Sequence record: PP359570
Reading direction: 5' to 3' (one strand)
DNA length: 64,000 nucleotides
DNA from: Escherichia phage ALITA
Shown here piece after piece: positions 46,033 through 54,996 of this stretch; the stretch's first letter is position 1, and each line of letters starts with the position of its first letter. The position numbers were made by a program, and so were the translations under genes. The notes below the pieces were generated by a model. It had not been told where the DNA came from. It did no database searches and worked only from the letters and a program-made list of their open reading frames with translations.

Positions 46033-46720
46033 TTAGTCGTTCCTCCGCTTGCTTAAAAATATTTACATCGGCTTCACAGCCTAAGTATTCTCTACCTGTT
46101 AAAAGTGCCGCAACTTGTGTTGTTGCACTTCCAGAGAAGAAGTCTAAGACTACATCTCCTTCGTTGGTGTGTATATTAATAAGGTCACAAAACAAAGTCA
46201 AGTGTTTTTGTGTTGGATGAAAACGATCTGCTCCTTGATAGATAGGATACTCAAACACACCCTTATGGTAGGAAGCATTGAAGGTTGGCTTCGAACCTTT
46301 AACACAAACAATAGCCATCTCTTTAGCGTTACTAAGGTAGTTAACACCACTGTTGATGGGTACAGGGTTTGTTTTAATCCATTCGATAGTACGGAACATA
46401 CGAAAACCAAGCGGTTCAAGGATTTCACGTAGCTCCTGGATCTTCCAGATATCATACCAAACTATGCAAGTACCACCTTTTCTAAGCACCCTGTAGGCTT
46501 CTTTGAATACTTCTTTAAAGTAAGGAATATCTACAACATCCCAATCACCGAAGTTGTAAGATACACGGAATCTATCCGTATCTTTTCCAGTCGGCTCTCC
46601 AGATTGAAAATTTGTGTCACGAGAAATAGCATATGGTGGGTCAGTAAGAATCAAATCTACACTATTGCTTTCGAGGGTTTGCAGGTAGTTTAATGCGGTG
46701 TTGTTTACAAATTCGCTCAT
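45989..46720 (-). CDS. DNA methyltransferase, beta class (N6-adenine or N4-cytosine)
   Basis: 243-aa ORF; DPPY motif (LILTDPPYAI) near N-terminus and AdoMet-binding FFSGSATT near C-terminus; SD aaggag. Confidence 0.85.
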   Translation of the reverse strand: MSEFVNNTALNYLQTLESNSVDLILTDPPYAISRDTNFQSGEPTGKDTDRFRVSYNFGDWDVVDIPYFKEVFKEAYRVLRKGGTCIVWYDIWKIQELREILEPLGFRMFRTIEWIKTNPVPINSGVNYLSNAKEMAIVCVKGSKPTFNASYHKGVFEYPIYQGADRFHPTQKHLTLFCDLINIHTNEGDVVLDFFSGSATTQVAALLTGREYLGCEADVNIFKQAEERLNEYTEQQNHPESTD

Positions 46721-46736
46721 TATATCTCCTTCAAAG

Positions 46737-46758
46737 AAAAGGAGCCGTTAGGCTCCTT
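46737..46758 (-). terminator. rho-independent terminator / attenuator on minus strand
   Basis: GGAGCC-GTTA-GGCTCC hairpin, T-run on minus strand; near-duplicate of the hairpin at 45571-45590. Confidence 0.45.
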
Positions 46759-46780
46759 ATATTCACACAATATTTAACTA

Positions 46781-47728
46781 TTAGAAACAGTGCAGGAAGT
46801 TTCGACCATACTGCAAACCAATAGGAGCAAATGGGATATCATCATCGAAATCTTGAACAACAGGTTCTGGTTCTTTCGGTGCTGGCTCTTTCTTCTCTAC
46901 TTTTTTAGTTTCTTTCTTAACTTCTTGTACCGGGGTAGACATTCCACGGATAGCAGCAGCTACTTTATCAGACAAAGCAAGAACTTCACGAGCAGCTTCA
47001 ATAATCTCTTCTGCCGTTACAGTTTTACCTGTATGATCACGACAAGCGTTAAGAATTGCGTGTCCAACTGAAGCACCAAGATCATAGTCAGTTACATCAA
47101 CGCCACGATCTTTAGCAATTTCTGCTTTCAGAGTAACAGTTGCAGATTGTACCACACCAGCCAAGTCGAAAGCATCACCTTTCACACCAGCACGTAGAAG
47201 CTCCAGAGCGCCGTTTACAGCGTGTCCTGTTTCAATCCCTACGGTATCACGTTTTTTGTAGTTAGGCTTGCTACCTTCGTTATTAGATGGCTTATTTCCA
47301 CCTTTTGAAGAAGATTGTGCTTGCTGAACACCTTCTGTTGAAAGAATAGTGATTTTACCTTTAGAGGAATTGTAGTATGTTTTGCCATTCCATTCAGAAG
47401 GTTTAACATCCATAGTTAGTTCTACACCTTTTTCGATAGTAACCCACTTATCACCATCTTTAACTTGCAGGTTTTCATGTTCTGGGTGCAGTTTAACTTC
47501 ACCTAGGCTAACCCAAACACCTTTATCATCAGCACCAGCACCTTTCTCTTTAATAAGCAGGGATGCTTTGTGAGTTGATTCAATTTTCTTATCTGGCTGA
47601 CCTGCAACCTTAATATAAGAAACTTTCATTTCATCAAACTTATCTAGTTTGACATATTCAACGATACCTTCAGCCCAGAATGCTTCTTTTTTAGTACGAC
47701 GGTCGATTTCAGAATTAATTACTGGCAT
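46781..47728 (-). CDS. SSB-like protein (contains DFDDDIPF acidic tip motif followed by a 15-aa extension)
   Basis: 315-aa ORF with SD; Gly/Ser/Asn-rich linker then VQDFDDDIPF near C-terminus. Confidence 0.5.
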   Translation of the reverse strand: MPVINSEIDRRTKKEAFWAEGIVEYVKLDKFDEMKVSYIKVAGQPDKKIESTHKASLLIKEKGAGADDKGVWVSLGEVKLHPEHENLQVKDGDKWVTIEKGVELTMDVKPSEWNGKTYYNSSKGKITILSTEGVQQAQSSSKGGNKPSNNEGSKPNYKKRDTVGIETGHAVNGALELLRAGVKGDAFDLAGVVQSATVTLKAEIAKDRGVDVTDYDLGASVGHAILNACRDHTGKTVTAEEIIEAAREVLALSDKVAAAIRGMSTPVQEVKKETKKVEKKEPAPKEPEPVVQDFDDDIPFAPIGLQYGRNFLHCF

Positions 47729-47744
47729 AAATTCTCCTCTATAA

Positions 47745-48143
47745 TTACATTACTTTAACACAAAACTCTCGTAAAAGAGTAGCGTCAGTTTCTTCCAACA
47801 GGTATTTACCAAGACCAATACCAAATCCTATTTCACCACTTTCGAAATGGAGGATTTGTATCTTTTCTCCACCAAGGTTAATTACTTTTGCTTTTCCAGG
47901 ATTATCCAAAACATCTCGTATTGTATCCTGTAGTAGCATTAGTTCACGTTTTGTGATAGTGGTTTCAGATATCTCTTTGTTTTCTACTCTCACTGTTAAA
48001 CGGTTGTATCCACCAAAGAGACATAGTATTTGAATAAAAAAGGTATTATCTTGAGGTTCAACATCTTTTTTAGTTAGTTCAAGACGATTAGTTTCTCTAC
48101 TATAGAACGTCTCGACTAAGATTTTAGAACGATTATCTGTCAT
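47745..48143 (-). CDS. hypothetical protein
   Basis: 132-aa ORF with SD. Confidence 0.45.
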   Translation of the reverse strand: MTDNRSKILVETFYSRETNRLELTKKDVEPQDNTFFIQILCLFGGYNRLTVRVENKEISETTITKRELMLLQDTIRDVLDNPGKAKVINLGGEKIQILHFESGEIGFGIGLGKYLLEETDATLLREFCVKVM

Positions 48144-48186
48144 TCAAGTCCTCATAATAACACATAATTATAATGTTTGTCAACAC

Positions 48187-48780
48187 TTAAATTTTAAATT
48201 CTTCACTGTTAAATGAATCCAGTGTACGTACTTCTGGTTCTTTGGGAATGAAAACATCTTTTACAAAGCGGAACATAGGGAAACGTTCTGCCATTTTACG
48301 GACGTGTGCTTCTTTACCTGTGTATCGGTGATTAATAGTACAAATATTAGTTTTCAGTGCAAATTCAAAATCTGGATGATATACATAATTTTGACCGTCC
48401 CAGTAACACAGGCAAATAGCTACATCAAAGTTCCATACGATTTCACTGCGTACACCTTCTTCCATGATCATAAAGTTAAACTTAAGATCTTTATAGTATG
48501 CTTCAAATACCCATTTCAAATGTGGTAGTTCGGCATAAGTGTGTTCTGTTTGCTTAGTAAGTTGTTTAACATTACGTGCACCAACACCCAACATCAAAAA
48601 TTTCTCTACTAATACGAGTGTATTGTGGTTAGGCATACGCAAGTAAATGTCAATATCTTGCGCAGGTTTCTCTAATCGCCAGTCACGTACAGCGCCGCCA
48701 GCTACAATTGCAAACGGATCTACCAGTTGGCACATACGTAATACTTCTAAAGCTCGTACTTTTTGATCTTCAATATTCAT
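48187..48780 (-). CDS. minimal nucleotidyltransferase of the CCA-adding enzyme / poly(A) polymerase head-domain family
   Basis: 197-aa ORF; motif IVAGGAVRDWRLEKPAQDIDIYL matches the GGxVRD...DxD signature of class II tRNA nucleotidyltransferases. Confidence 0.55.
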   Translation of the reverse strand: MNIEDQKVRALEVLRMCQLVDPFAIVAGGAVRDWRLEKPAQDIDIYLRMPNHNTLVLVEKFLMLGVGARNVKQLTKQTEHTYAELPHLKWVFEAYYKDLKFNFMIMEEGVRSEIVWNFDVAICLCYWDGQNYVYHPDFEFALKTNICTINHRYTGKEAHVRKMAERFPMFRFVKDVFIPKEPEVRTLDSFNSEEFKI

Positions 48781-48919
48781 ATTTTCTCCTATCTCTTATG
48801 GTCTTTGCGTTATTCTAGATGTTCAAACATCTAATTATGAAATAGTTTAAAAGTGCGGAACAACCTTGGCAATCACAGATTGTTCCACATAAAAACTCCT
48901 TATAAAACAATATGTTAGA

Positions 48920-51499
48920 CTAATGACAAGACGCCCATGAGTTACCAACATCGTAACCAGCAGTGAGAGGTACATTAAGATTGTAATACTCACCAGCTTT
49001 ATTAACAGCGATAGATGCTAATTCTCCAGCACGACTGTAGGCTGTAAACCAACCACCTTTCGGAGATTCATGTACGTTAGCCCAAATCTTGCCAGTACGT
49101 TTCTCTTCCTCTTCTTTCCAGGCATTAACCTTATCCAAACATTCTTTATCAATTTTCTTTTGTTCTTCTGGATCATCAACTTGAGTCCAACCTAAAGATT
49201 CTTTAGAGAACCATTTAAAATGCACCAGATCACGAGTTACTTCAAGCTGTGCTTCATCGTGATATGCAATCATTTGTTGAACGAATGACTTATTTTTCCA
49301 GTCATCAACAAAAAAGTCAACAGCTAATCCTTCTTCTTCGATAAGATCGTCGTAGATAACCATTGCTCTTTTTGCACAAATAACACCACCACTCTGGAAC
49401 AGAGAGTTAAGTATTGCGTGTGCAGATCGTGTAGGTACTTTCCTACCATCAATACCAAGAATGTATTTCTTACCTGTTTTAACCCAAAAATCATGCAGAC
49501 GTTCTTTAAGAAGCGCAAGAGGTTTTGCAGCTTCCCAGAAAGCATCGTATACAAGCTGTCCTGTATACATATCACTACCTATAGTTTTTGCTACTTTTGC
49601 AGCTTGAGCACCATAAGTAATACCATACTTAACAGATTTAGCAGGGCTTCGTTCAAACTTACGACCAATAGTGTCAGAAATACGTCGAGCCATCATTGTA
49701 TGAACATCATTAGGTTTTTCCAATAATAGAGCATTACAATATTCGTGTGGTTCCTGCTCGTACCGCCAACAGTAGTGTGATTCTATTTTTGCCTCAAGAG
49801 AATCAAAGTCATAACCAATTTGGAAGTATTTTGGAACTTCTACACCAAATAAGTTACGCATTTCATATCCGTACAGAGATGTTACACGTGGGATATTTGC
49901 TACTAACCTATGTTTCATACGAGACGTAGCTGCATCACACGTTGCAGCAGGAGTTGGTATACGACCATCAGCCCTTACTGCTGCCAGATAACCTTTATCG
50001 TAATCCTCTTCATCTTCTTCCCAATCAGCACCACCCCCTAGAATAGAGTTCCTACGGTGTTTATACGTAAGATACTGCACAATCTGCGTAGCATAAGGAA
50101 ACTTTTCACCTAGTGCTTCCAAGTTAGGACAAATATCTTTCTCTTGCCCTTTTGTAAAGGAAGGGTTAGTAAGCACTTTAACACCACGACCTTTAGCTTT
50201 AGCAATACGATCTCTTAGTTTCCATTCCAAAGTTTCTGGTGTGCACTCCAGATGATCACATCTGTCCTGGCAGAAGTTAGATGCTAACGTTTGATCAACA
50301 TAGTCACGAATAGCTTTCTCCATCTGTGCTTCATCTTTCTTAATCTTAGTGCCAGATTTAAGAGTGATATCTTTATCTTTATATTCAGATGGACTCCAAC
50401 CTAAACCAACTAACCAATTTTTAATATGTGTAGTGTCGTCTAAAGTAGCAGGTACTGTAGGATCACAAATAGGTTCTTCTGCTGGAATAGGCAGTTTAAA
50501 CTCTTTACCTAATGCAAATAACCACCAACCATCTTCTTTTTGTACAAGTTCACCAGAATGTTTCTCTGCAAACTTTATCATGTTACTTGAAGGTTCACCA
50601 TTCTTTTTAAACTGTAGTTTAGGTGGAATGAATGATTTCAAATAACCTTTAGTAGCAGGTTTAGGAGGTAGCACAGGTTCTGCCTCTAAACGACATGCTT
50701 CCATTCGAGCATCCAGATCACGAATATTATCTTCTGCTTGCTTCATATTGAAAGCAAAGCCACGGTGCTCTTGACGTGTAATAATATCAGCTACACGTTG
50801 TTCTAAGTTAAATGGTTCAGACCACTTATTATAATCACCCCACTCTTCCATCAAATAACGGAACACTGCGGTGTTAGCTTTGTTATCGTAAATACAGTAA
50901 TACAGCATATCTGCTGCAAATGTTTTAAATCTTTCAGTTTCAGGGATGTTTTTTCTAAAATCAATTTTAACATCCCCTCCAGCTTTCTTAGATAACTCTG
51001 CCAGACTATGACCACCGAAGCGATCAGGGTTTAGTGTCTTACTTAAGATCATAGTATCACAAATTTCAATGTTACTATTACCCCAAGTATTGTACTTAAT
51101 ACTGTAGTTGAGTTTAAAAAATAATTTAATTGCCAGTAAGTCAAAGTTAATGATGTTATGTCCAACTACTTTGGTAATTTTATAGTTTGAATTACCTTTA
51201 AATTTACCTGTTCCATTTACAAAATCAGGAAAATCTTTAAGAGGGAAATGGGTATATTCTAAATGCTCATATTCCTCCAGTCGGTATTCATACTTTCCGT
51301 CAGTCTCAATATACGGACGACCATCGAAAAGATATTTATCACCATCATGGAAAGCAATAATCTCTCCAGTATCATGACTTTCGCACACAATACAGTGCAT
51401 TGCAAAACTATCTTTTAAACGATATGGACTTGCCAAGTAATCTACACTTTCGTCATTAAGCAAGTTGTTACTTTCAATGTCGAAAGTAAAAGCTCCCAT
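48920..51499 (-). CDS. DNA polymerase, family A, with 3'-5' exonuclease domain
   Basis: 859-aa ORF; N-terminal exo motif FTFDIES, motif B-like KSVKYGITYGAQAAK, motif C MIAYHDEAQLEV; strong SD. Confidence 0.9.
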   Translation of the reverse strand: MGAFTFDIESNNLLNDESVDYLASPYRLKDSFAMHCIVCESHDTGEIIAFHDGDKYLFDGRPYIETDGKYEYRLEEYEHLEYTHFPLKDFPDFVNGTGKFKGNSNYKITKVVGHNIINFDLLAIKLFFKLNYSIKYNTWGNSNIEICDTMILSKTLNPDRFGGHSLAELSKKAGGDVKIDFRKNIPETERFKTFAADMLYYCIYDNKANTAVFRYLMEEWGDYNKWSEPFNLEQRVADIITRQEHRGFAFNMKQAEDNIRDLDARMEACRLEAEPVLPPKPATKGYLKSFIPPKLQFKKNGEPSSNMIKFAEKHSGELVQKEDGWWLFALGKEFKLPIPAEEPICDPTVPATLDDTTHIKNWLVGLGWSPSEYKDKDITLKSGTKIKKDEAQMEKAIRDYVDQTLASNFCQDRCDHLECTPETLEWKLRDRIAKAKGRGVKVLTNPSFTKGQEKDICPNLEALGEKFPYATQIVQYLTYKHRRNSILGGGADWEEDEEDYDKGYLAAVRADGRIPTPAATCDAATSRMKHRLVANIPRVTSLYGYEMRNLFGVEVPKYFQIGYDFDSLEAKIESHYCWRYEQEPHEYCNALLLEKPNDVHTMMARRISDTIGRKFERSPAKSVKYGITYGAQAAKVAKTIGSDMYTGQLVYDAFWEAAKPLALLKERLHDFWVKTGKKYILGIDGRKVPTRSAHAILNSLFQSGGVICAKRAMVIYDDLIEEEGLAVDFFVDDWKNKSFVQQMIAYHDEAQLEVTRDLVHFKWFSKESLGWTQVDDPEEQKKIDKECLDKVNAWKEEEEKRTGKIWANVHESPKGGWFTAYSRAGELASIAVNKAGEYYNLNVPLTAGYDVGNSWASCH

Positions 51500-51540
51500 T
51501 CTCCCTCCTTAAAATATTTCTAAAGTCTTAATTTGTTAAT

Positions 51541-51569
51541 ACTGTACCACAAATTAATTGTTTTGTAAA
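51541..51569 (-). promoter_or_regulatory. candidate sigma70-like promoter for DNA polymerase gene (minus strand: -35 TTTACA, -10 TACAGT)
   Basis: Reverse complement reads TTTACA-N17-TACAGT about 45 nt upstream of pol start. Confidence 0.35.
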
Positions 51570-51584
51570 GGGGCTTTCGCCCCT
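51568..51584 (-). terminator. hairpin / terminator upstream of polymerase gene
   Basis: AAGGGGC-TTTC-GCCCCTT stem-loop between genes. Confidence 0.4.
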
Positions 51585-51589
51585 TCTTG

Positions 51590-51985
51590 TTATTTATTGT
51601 CAGCACTTAGTTGTACTTTAATAAGGCAATTAGGGACACCATTGGTATTTCTCAAGCCTACACGTTCAATTTTAACAGTGCCTGTCAAACCATTAAAAGT
51701 GGAAACAATGTTATTAATGTTTTCATCCTTACTAGTGATATCAAGAATAACTTTATCACTGACATTTTTCAACATACGATCTACAAGCTCTCCCACAAAA
51801 CCACTGGTAGTTTGAATGAGAAGGTATAGACAACCATCCTCAAACCACAAATGTTCACCATAAGCATAACCGTATGGTTCTAATTCTGATCCGTCTTGAA
51901 ATTTAAACTTAGCAATAGTTTTCGTATAATCATACGCTAAAGCAGAAGGGCATACCCCATAGAGGATGTTTTCGTTGTCTTTCAT
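51590..51985 (-). CDS. hypothetical protein
   Basis: ATG at 51985 with SD aaggag; ORF-track start 52114 lies inside the primase-helicase gene. Confidence 0.5.
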   Translation of the reverse strand: MKDNENILYGVCPSALAYDYTKTIAKFKFQDGSELEPYGYAYGEHLWFEDGCLYLLIQTTSGFVGELVDRMLKNVSDKVILDITSKDENINNIVSTFNGLTGTVKIERVGLRNTNGVPNCLIKVQLSADNK

Positions 51986-51995
51986 ATTTTTCTCC

Positions 51996-53768
51996 TTAAT
52001 AAGAACCAGCAGAAATATTTTCTGGGTTACTTGTGTATTGATCGTAATCGTGAAGTGTAGCTGTTTTAATCTCATAGAAGAAACTACCTGCTGCACCAGT
52101 CTCTGAGAACTCACGGTTCTTTAGAATGTAGCAATATGTGCGGTTACGTTCCATAGGATCTTCAGCTTGTTTATCACGCTCCAGCGCAATTGTGATACCA
52201 GCACCTTTAGCAAGGAAGCTACTACCCATTGCATCATCTTCTACAATATGTTCATTACTATTGTTAGAAGACTTTTTAACGTGTGAAATTACAACAATGG
52301 TTATTGCATACTCTTTCATAATGCGTTTCAGCCACGTCGCAAGTTCCTCTTGTTGTGACACGTCCATACCAGAAAGCAAATCAGAATAAGGGTCGATAAC
52401 AAGAATGGTTACTCCGAAATAAATAATCATTTCCAGAACCTTCTCTTTAATCACATCTACGTTAGCTCCACGATCATCACAAACATAGAAACGTGGTGTT
52501 CCATCTTCTCGTTCGTAAAAATCACGAATCTTTTCTTCATTATCTTTTAAAATCTTTTCCTTCTCTTCTTTCGTTTTACGGTGAAGAGGGATATGCAAGA
52601 ATGAAGACAGTAAGTTACGAGAATACTTCTTATACGTTGCCTCCAAAGATAAAATACCAAGAGTATGTTCTGGGTGTGCAAGAATAATGTGTTTCGTAAT
52701 CTCGTTAACCAACAGTGTCTTACCGATACTTGTTTTTGCAAGTATAACAGTAATTTCTTCTTCTACCAAGCCTCCACCTAACATATTCGAAGCAACACGC
52801 ATGAATGGAGGAAGGGTGATCATTTTAGCTTCCAGGCATTCCAAGGCTGCTTCATATAGTACGTTAGAAGCGTAAACACCAGCAGGTGTGTACAGTTTAG
52901 CTTTGAAAAAGCGATCAATAAAATGATCAATTTTTCCTTCTACTAGTGCCTGGTTAGGATCTTTAACATCCGTTAGTTCCATCACGTAAACTTTATTACG
53001 TGGTAAGATTTTAACACATTTCTCAACTGCTGCACGTCCAGCTTCATCATTATCCATACATAGAACAATCTTTTTAAATTGATCTAAGAATTTATAACGA
53101 TGTTGAAGCTGCTTATGCAGAGATGTTTCGCCACAAGTACCAGATACTACAGCAGGAACAGGATATTTACCACCCTTGTTATAATCTTTTAGCATCTGTG
53201 TTGCAGCCAGCATATCGTGTTCACCACCAACGATTAGAATAGTACCGCTGTGGTTACGATATTTAAACTCCCCAAAAAGATCACAATCCTTTCCTGTTTC
53301 ACCGATAGGATGTGAGAAATCTTTTGGATCGATACGTTGTTTATACCCAGCAATATTGTAATCTTTAGTTGTAGGGTATAGTGTTGAAATTACTTCGCCA
53401 GTAGCTTCATCGTACATATAACGTACACCGAAAGGCTTAGAGATATCTTCACGAATACCGCGATAACCTTTTGGATTAGTTCCAGTGCTGGCTTTTAGTT
53501 TATCATGTACTTCTGGATTAAACTCACTACCCAAGATATCCTCCTCTTCAATTTCTTCGCCGTGTGCATTTAACCATTTTTGATCAGGGATAGTAAAGCC
53601 ACAAGAAAAACAATGTGCGCCTCGATGGTCTTCATCGGCATCTAAGCCATATACCATCAAATTGTTTTGTGATCGATCACGCCCTCCTTTCATACAACGA
53701 GGACACCCAGTATGTCCTTCTTGACTTAGATCAATGTTATACCCATATTTATTTACAACATAAGACAC
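51996..53768 (-). CDS. DNA primase-helicase (zinc-binding N-terminus, TOPRIM primase, SF4 helicase)
   Basis: 590-aa ORF; CPRC...CFSC zinc finger, TOPRIM-like ILIVGGEHD...CMDNDEAG, Walker A AKTSIGKT. Confidence 0.85.
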   Translation of the reverse strand: MSYVVNKYGYNIDLSQEGHTGCPRCMKGGRDRSQNNLMVYGLDADEDHRGAHCFSCGFTIPDQKWLNAHGEEIEEEDILGSEFNPEVHDKLKASTGTNPKGYRGIREDISKPFGVRYMYDEATGEVISTLYPTTKDYNIAGYKQRIDPKDFSHPIGETGKDCDLFGEFKYRNHSGTILIVGGEHDMLAATQMLKDYNKGGKYPVPAVVSGTCGETSLHKQLQHRYKFLDQFKKIVLCMDNDEAGRAAVEKCVKILPRNKVYVMELTDVKDPNQALVEGKIDHFIDRFFKAKLYTPAGVYASNVLYEAALECLEAKMITLPPFMRVASNMLGGGLVEEEITVILAKTSIGKTLLVNEITKHIILAHPEHTLGILSLEATYKKYSRNLLSSFLHIPLHRKTKEEKEKILKDNEEKIRDFYEREDGTPRFYVCDDRGANVDVIKEKVLEMIIYFGVTILVIDPYSDLLSGMDVSQQEELATWLKRIMKEYAITIVVISHVKKSSNNSNEHIVEDDAMGSSFLAKGAGITIALERDKQAEDPMERNRTYCYILKNREFSETGAAGSFFYEIKTATLHDYDQYTSNPENISAGSY

Positions 53769-53780
53769 AGGATTCTCCTA

Positions 53781-54050
53781 CTAAAATGATTCGTTTGTCT
53801 CCATAATATATTGCATTTCCAAATCTTCCATATGTTTCTTAAATTGGTAAACAATTTCCGATGGGGAAATATCTATATCAAAAAGTTCTTTTGTACCAGA
53901 ATAAAACCTAATACCATCAACAATAAGACCACCATAATAATCCCAATCACTTTCTCGTGAGAAAGGGTTAGGTTCTTCATAATAGTAATCTACTTCAACA
54001 ATAATAGGTTCTTTATTATCTTGTTTATACTCAAAATCAAAAGTGTGCAT
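53781..54050 (-). CDS. hypothetical protein
   Basis: 89-aa ORF with SD, start overlaps stop of upstream gene. Confidence 0.45.
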   Translation of the reverse strand: MHTFDFEYKQDNKEPIIVEVDYYYEEPNPFSRESDWDYYGGLIVDGIRFYSGTKELFDIDISPSEIVYQFKKHMEDLEMQYIMETNESF

Positions 54051-54985
54051 TATAAATCCTCGATAAGCAGTCTGCGGGTTTCATTTAAATTGTAGTTATC
54101 TCTTACATACTTAGCAAGAGCCAATCCTTTCTCAATACAAACATCAGGGGATTCGATTAAGTATTCTACAATATCTTTCCACTCTTTAACTGAATCAGCA
54201 AAGAAGATTAGATCTTTAAATTCTTCAGTATAATAGTTCTCTCGTGGCGAACAAACGAGTGGCAAACCTTTAGCACCAGCTTCAAGAATTTTTAAATTAC
54301 TTTTGGCATTATTAAAATGATTATTTACTAATGGAGCTATGGAGATTTGATGACCATCGTATGCTTCCATATAACACTCATAAGGACGAATACCTTCATA
54401 AACACAATCTGGTTGAATATTTTCTTTAATTTGCAACCATTGAGCACTACTTAACTCTTCGTGATCTCTACGAAATCCACATAAAGTTAAATCTTTACCA
54501 AAATCAGGAAGAATTGCTAAATCATGTTTATGTGTTTCACTTCCCGCCCAAACCAGTGGACTTTTAGAATAACGATCTTTAGTAAGAACAAACTGTCCTT
54601 CATCAAAAGGTAGTCCGTTAGGCACAATATGTACATTATCATTGTATTGGCTTAATTCAACCTTTAATGCCGGAGTTGTTGTAGTTACAAGATCACTTCT
54701 TTCAAGGAACCATTTTAGGTCATCTCGGATTTGATTTTCAAATAATCCTTCAAGCATATGCCCTTCAGGAATAATTAAAGAATCATCCAGATCCATTACC
54801 AATTTAAACCCAAGTTGTTTAAGAGCCAGGAAACCTGGCTTTCCACGTGTTGGTACTCCATTGAACACAAAAATATTATGCTTAGGATTAATTGTCAGTT
54901 TGCGTTTATATGGCAAAATGATTCTATGAAAATCACATACACTATACTTTTCATTTCCGCGTGTGTCAAGAATAATATTAGGCAT
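54050..54985 (-). CDS. putative GT-B-fold glycosyltransferase (paralogue A)
   Basis: 311-aa ORF; C-terminal KSNLKILEAGAKGLPLVCSP resembles GT-B nucleotide-sugar-binding motif; clear paralogue of the next gene. Confidence 0.5.
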   Translation of the reverse strand: MPNIILDTRGNEKYSVCDFHRIILPYKRKLTINPKHNIFVFNGVPTRGKPGFLALKQLGFKLVMDLDDSLIIPEGHMLEGLFENQIRDDLKWFLERSDLVTTTTPALKVELSQYNDNVHIVPNGLPFDEGQFVLTKDRYSKSPLVWAGSETHKHDLAILPDFGKDLTLCGFRRDHEELSSAQWLQIKENIQPDCVYEGIRPYECYMEAYDGHQISIAPLVNNHFNNAKSNLKILEAGAKGLPLVCSPRENYYTEEFKDLIFFADSVKEWKDIVEYLIESPDVCIEKGLALAKYVRDNYNLNETRRLLIEDL

Positions 54986-54996
54986 ATATCTCCTTG

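Noticed and set aside
51590-52114. ORF-track start at 52114 for the gene downstream of the primase-helicase
   Set aside because: That start lies 119 nt inside the primase-helicase gene; an ATG at 51985 with a consensus SD right after the primase-helicase stop is far more plausible.
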